Source: an uncultured delta proteobacterium (GTDB taxonomy: Bacteria > Myxococcota_A > Polyangia > Polyangiales > Polyangiaceae). Taken from it: 64,000 bases of DNA. Made by a program: the position numbers and the translations under genes. Numbering within the stretch: the stretch's first letter is position 1; each line of letters starts with the position of its first letter. The notes beneath the pieces are model-generated. The model was given only the letters and a program-made list of their open reading frames with translations. It had not been told where the DNA came from and did not search any database. Below, piece after piece: positions 61,933-64,000 of the stretch. The stretch is from positions 320,001-384,000 of the forward strand of contig CAVOKF010000008.1 in assembly GCA_963696385.1 (NCBI GenBank). The letters are read 5' to 3'.

Positions 61933-63369
61933 TCACACTGGAAAGGTCACCGTGACGCGGACTCCTCCGCCACTGCCACTATCGACCGGCGCATCGCCGA
62001 TGTCGAACACCGCGCCCTGGGCAGCGGCTATTTCGGCGGCGATGAAGAGCGACACGCTGCTCGGCCGACCGAACGTCCCGGGCTCGACTTTGAGGCCCAA
62101 CAAGGCGCCCCGCGCGCCGGCGGGAAGCGGAACCCCGGAGTCGTCCACCGTGACGCTCCAACCGAGCTCACCGTCGCGCGGATGGACGTCGACGGCGACG
62201 CGCGTTCCTCGGCGGGAGGCGGCGATGGCGTGAGACACGAGCTCGCGTACGAGCACCGCCGCGGCGCCCGGAGCGACATGCGCCATCCGGTTGGCGGCGG
62301 TTTCGGCCACCGCGTGGCGCACGCACACATCGACGGCCGCCCGCGCGGCGTGCCCTTCGAGCGCGTGCACCTCGCGTCGAACGATTTCCGGCAGGTCGAC
62401 GGGCCGCCGGTCCTCTGCCGGGTCGATTTCACCGACGCCGGCAAGTTCTGCAACGAAGTTCTGCACGGCCGACAGCTTTCGGCGAATCGCCTCGAGCTTC
62501 TCATCCAGGCCCGTACGCGCAACTGTCTCCAGGTCGGGCGAACTCTTCCGGGGAGAGACCGATGACCGAAGATCCGCGACGTCCCTGGCCACGGGAGAGA
62601 GCAACGCGCGCAGTGTGGCCGCCACTCCTCCCGAAAAGCGCGCGATGGCGCTGAACCAATCGGCCATCGGGACTGCTGCCGACGGCGGATAGGACGACGA
62701 CAGAGTTTCATCGCCCACCGTCCACACCGCCGCGAGTTCGCGAGCGTACGTCTCGCCCTGCTTTCGCGCCTCGTCGAGCTCCTTGCGCAAGCGGGCGACG
62801 TCATCGCGTGCCTCGACGCCCTCGGCCGGCAAACCGAGGACCGCCGTGCTGCCTTCGAGCTCGTAACGGCCGCCGTAGCGAATGGCCATTCGCGACAGCC
62901 AGGCGCGCTCGGCGTCGGCGGTCGCCGAACTATCCGGACCGAGCACGACACTGAGCACGACTTCATCTCGCTCGCGACGAAGGGCCACGTCGCTGCCGGT
63001 GCCGCTGCCGTGTCCGAGCACGACGTGAAGCATTCGCCGCAACTCGGCCTCGTCGCCGAACACCTCGGTGCCCCCGCCCGGTTCGATGGAGACGCGCGCT
63101 TCCGGTGCAACCTCCCAAACGAGCGACGCGAGATCGATCCGGCCGCGCCGGCCGCGAGCGTTCATCGGCTGAGAGTGCAGGCTCGACAGCATCTTCATCG
63201 TGTCGTCGAGCGCGGACAGCGTCGCATCGACTCCGCTCGAATCGACACCGGGCGGCGGTGGTGCCTGCGTCAGCGCCGAGACGCCCTTGCGAAGGCGCTC
63301 GGCGGCCCCCCGCGCCTCCTGCGTGAGCAGCCAGCCGAGCTCCTGGCGGGTGAGCCTACCCTTGGACAC
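61933..63369 (-). CDS. Histidine-kinase-like protein with two degenerate DHp/HATPase modules
   Basis: RGRIDLASLV..VFGDEAELRRML; RPVDLPEIV..ELVSHAI..VTVDDSG..GGGVRVTVTFP. Confidence 0.7.
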   Translation of the reverse strand: MSKGRLTRQELGWLLTQEARGAAERLRKGVSALTQAPPPPGVDSSGVDATLSALDDTMKMLSSLHSQPMNARGRRGRIDLASLVWEVAPEARVSIEPGGGTEVFGDEAELRRMLHVVLGHGSGTGSDVALRRERDEVVLSVVLGPDSSATADAERAWLSRMAIRYGGRYELEGSTAVLGLPAEGVEARDDVARLRKELDEARKQGETYARELAAVWTVGDETLSSSYPPSAAVPMADWFSAIARFSGGVAATLRALLSPVARDVADLRSSVSPRKSSPDLETVARTGLDEKLEAIRRKLSAVQNFVAELAGVGEIDPAEDRRPVDLPEIVRREVHALEGHAARAAVDVCVRHAVAETAANRMAHVAPGAAAVLVRELVSHAIAASRRGTRVAVDVHPRDGELGWSVTVDDSGVPLPAGARGALLGLKVEPGTFGRPSSVSLFIAAEIAAAQGAVFDIGDAPVDSGSGGGVRVTVTFPV

Positions 63370-63416
63370 GCCTAAGAGTGCCAGATGTCCGCTTGCCGGT
63401 CACGCGCGGCGGGGGA

Positions 63417-64000
63417 CTAGCCTTGCGCGGCTTTTTTTCTTCGTGGCGAATGGGTCAATCCGTCGGCCACCACCGCGCCGGTCGTCCACGCACGCTCGGC
63501 GCCGAGCGCCAGCCATGTCAGCAGGATTTTGGCCTTTCCGACGGCCACCGGGATCGGTTTGCGCTCCGGCCAATGGGAAGGAGCGGCAAGAGCGATGGCG
63601 GTTTGACCTTGGATTTCGTCGAGCCCGGCCCCTTCCAGCCGAATCGCCGCGATGCCGGCCGCACTGAAAAGCGCGACGAGCCCGCACGGGATGTAGGGCG
63701 CGAGAACGGCGCGCACCGACGGGGCGATGTCCTGGGCTCGGCACGACATTTCGCGGACTTCGTCGAGAGTCGAGCACACGACGGCCATCGCCGGGCACCC
63801 GCTCGTGCGCGCCTCGTCGATCTGGAACCAACGGGCACACTCGACGAGGTCCAACGTCCGCGCCGTCGTCCATGTGGCCGCGGCTGGCGGGCCGAAGCTT
63901 GCGCCACGCAAGACAACCGGTGGATCGCCGCGATCGACCTTCCTCGCGACGAGCACGTCGTCCGTGGGCAGGGCGCGCGGGACCGTCACGCGCACCGGCC
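63417..64000 (-). CDS. C-terminal part of a hypothetical protein, possibly a degenerate aconitase swivel domain (5'-truncated)
   Basis: VRAVLAPYI...AGIAAI...ERAW..G weakly resembles the aconitase/LeuD swivel. Confidence 0.4.
   Translation of the reverse strand, partial: PVRVTVPRALPTDDVLVARKVDRGDPPVVLRGASFGPPAAATWTTARTLDLVECARWFQIDEARTSGCPAMAVVCSTLDEVREMSCRAQDIAPSVRAVLAPYIPCGLVALFSAAGIAAIRLEGAGLDEIQGQTAIALAAPSHWPERKPIPVAVGKAKILLTWLALGAERAWTTGAVVADGLTHSPRRKKAAQG

Overview
Very GC-rich (about 70% by eye), densely coding chromosomal segment. Gene content points to a myxobacterium of the Polyangiaceae/Sorangiineae type: Hanks-type kinases, FHA and PP2C proteins, REC-DUF4388, FIST, HEAT and DUF4159 proteins. 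That assignment is inferred from content only. Housekeeping genes include ltaE (partial), clpS-clpA, purE, glgA, an RluA-family synthase, purH, argC-argB-hisH-hisA, rpsU, ppx, a dciA-like gene, an nfu/nifU-like gene, map, recN, hisF, tRNA-Pro(GGG) and tRNA-Leu(CAA). I saw no CRISPR array, transposase, integrase or prophage gene. Most notable: (1) an orphan ParA ATPase with two N-terminal TRASH/MYM-like Cys4 motifs paired with a small ribbon-helix-helix protein; (2) several apparent pseudoenzymes (alpha/beta hydrolase lacking its triad, Fic lacking its His, kinase-like fragment, tandem His-less histidine kinase plus response regulator, degenerate aconitase swivel), four of them clustered at 58-64 kb; (3) a dispersed GTAC-core palindromic element with compensatory base changes, sitting at stop codons; (4) a stand-alone sigma70 region-4 protein with a Cys/His module and a hairpin-rich upstream region; (5) a frameshifted PP2C gene followed by an 11-bp VNTR; (6) a LexA-box-like palindrome before a PA0069-type radical SAM gene. 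All family calls come from motif recognition by eye; no database search was run.
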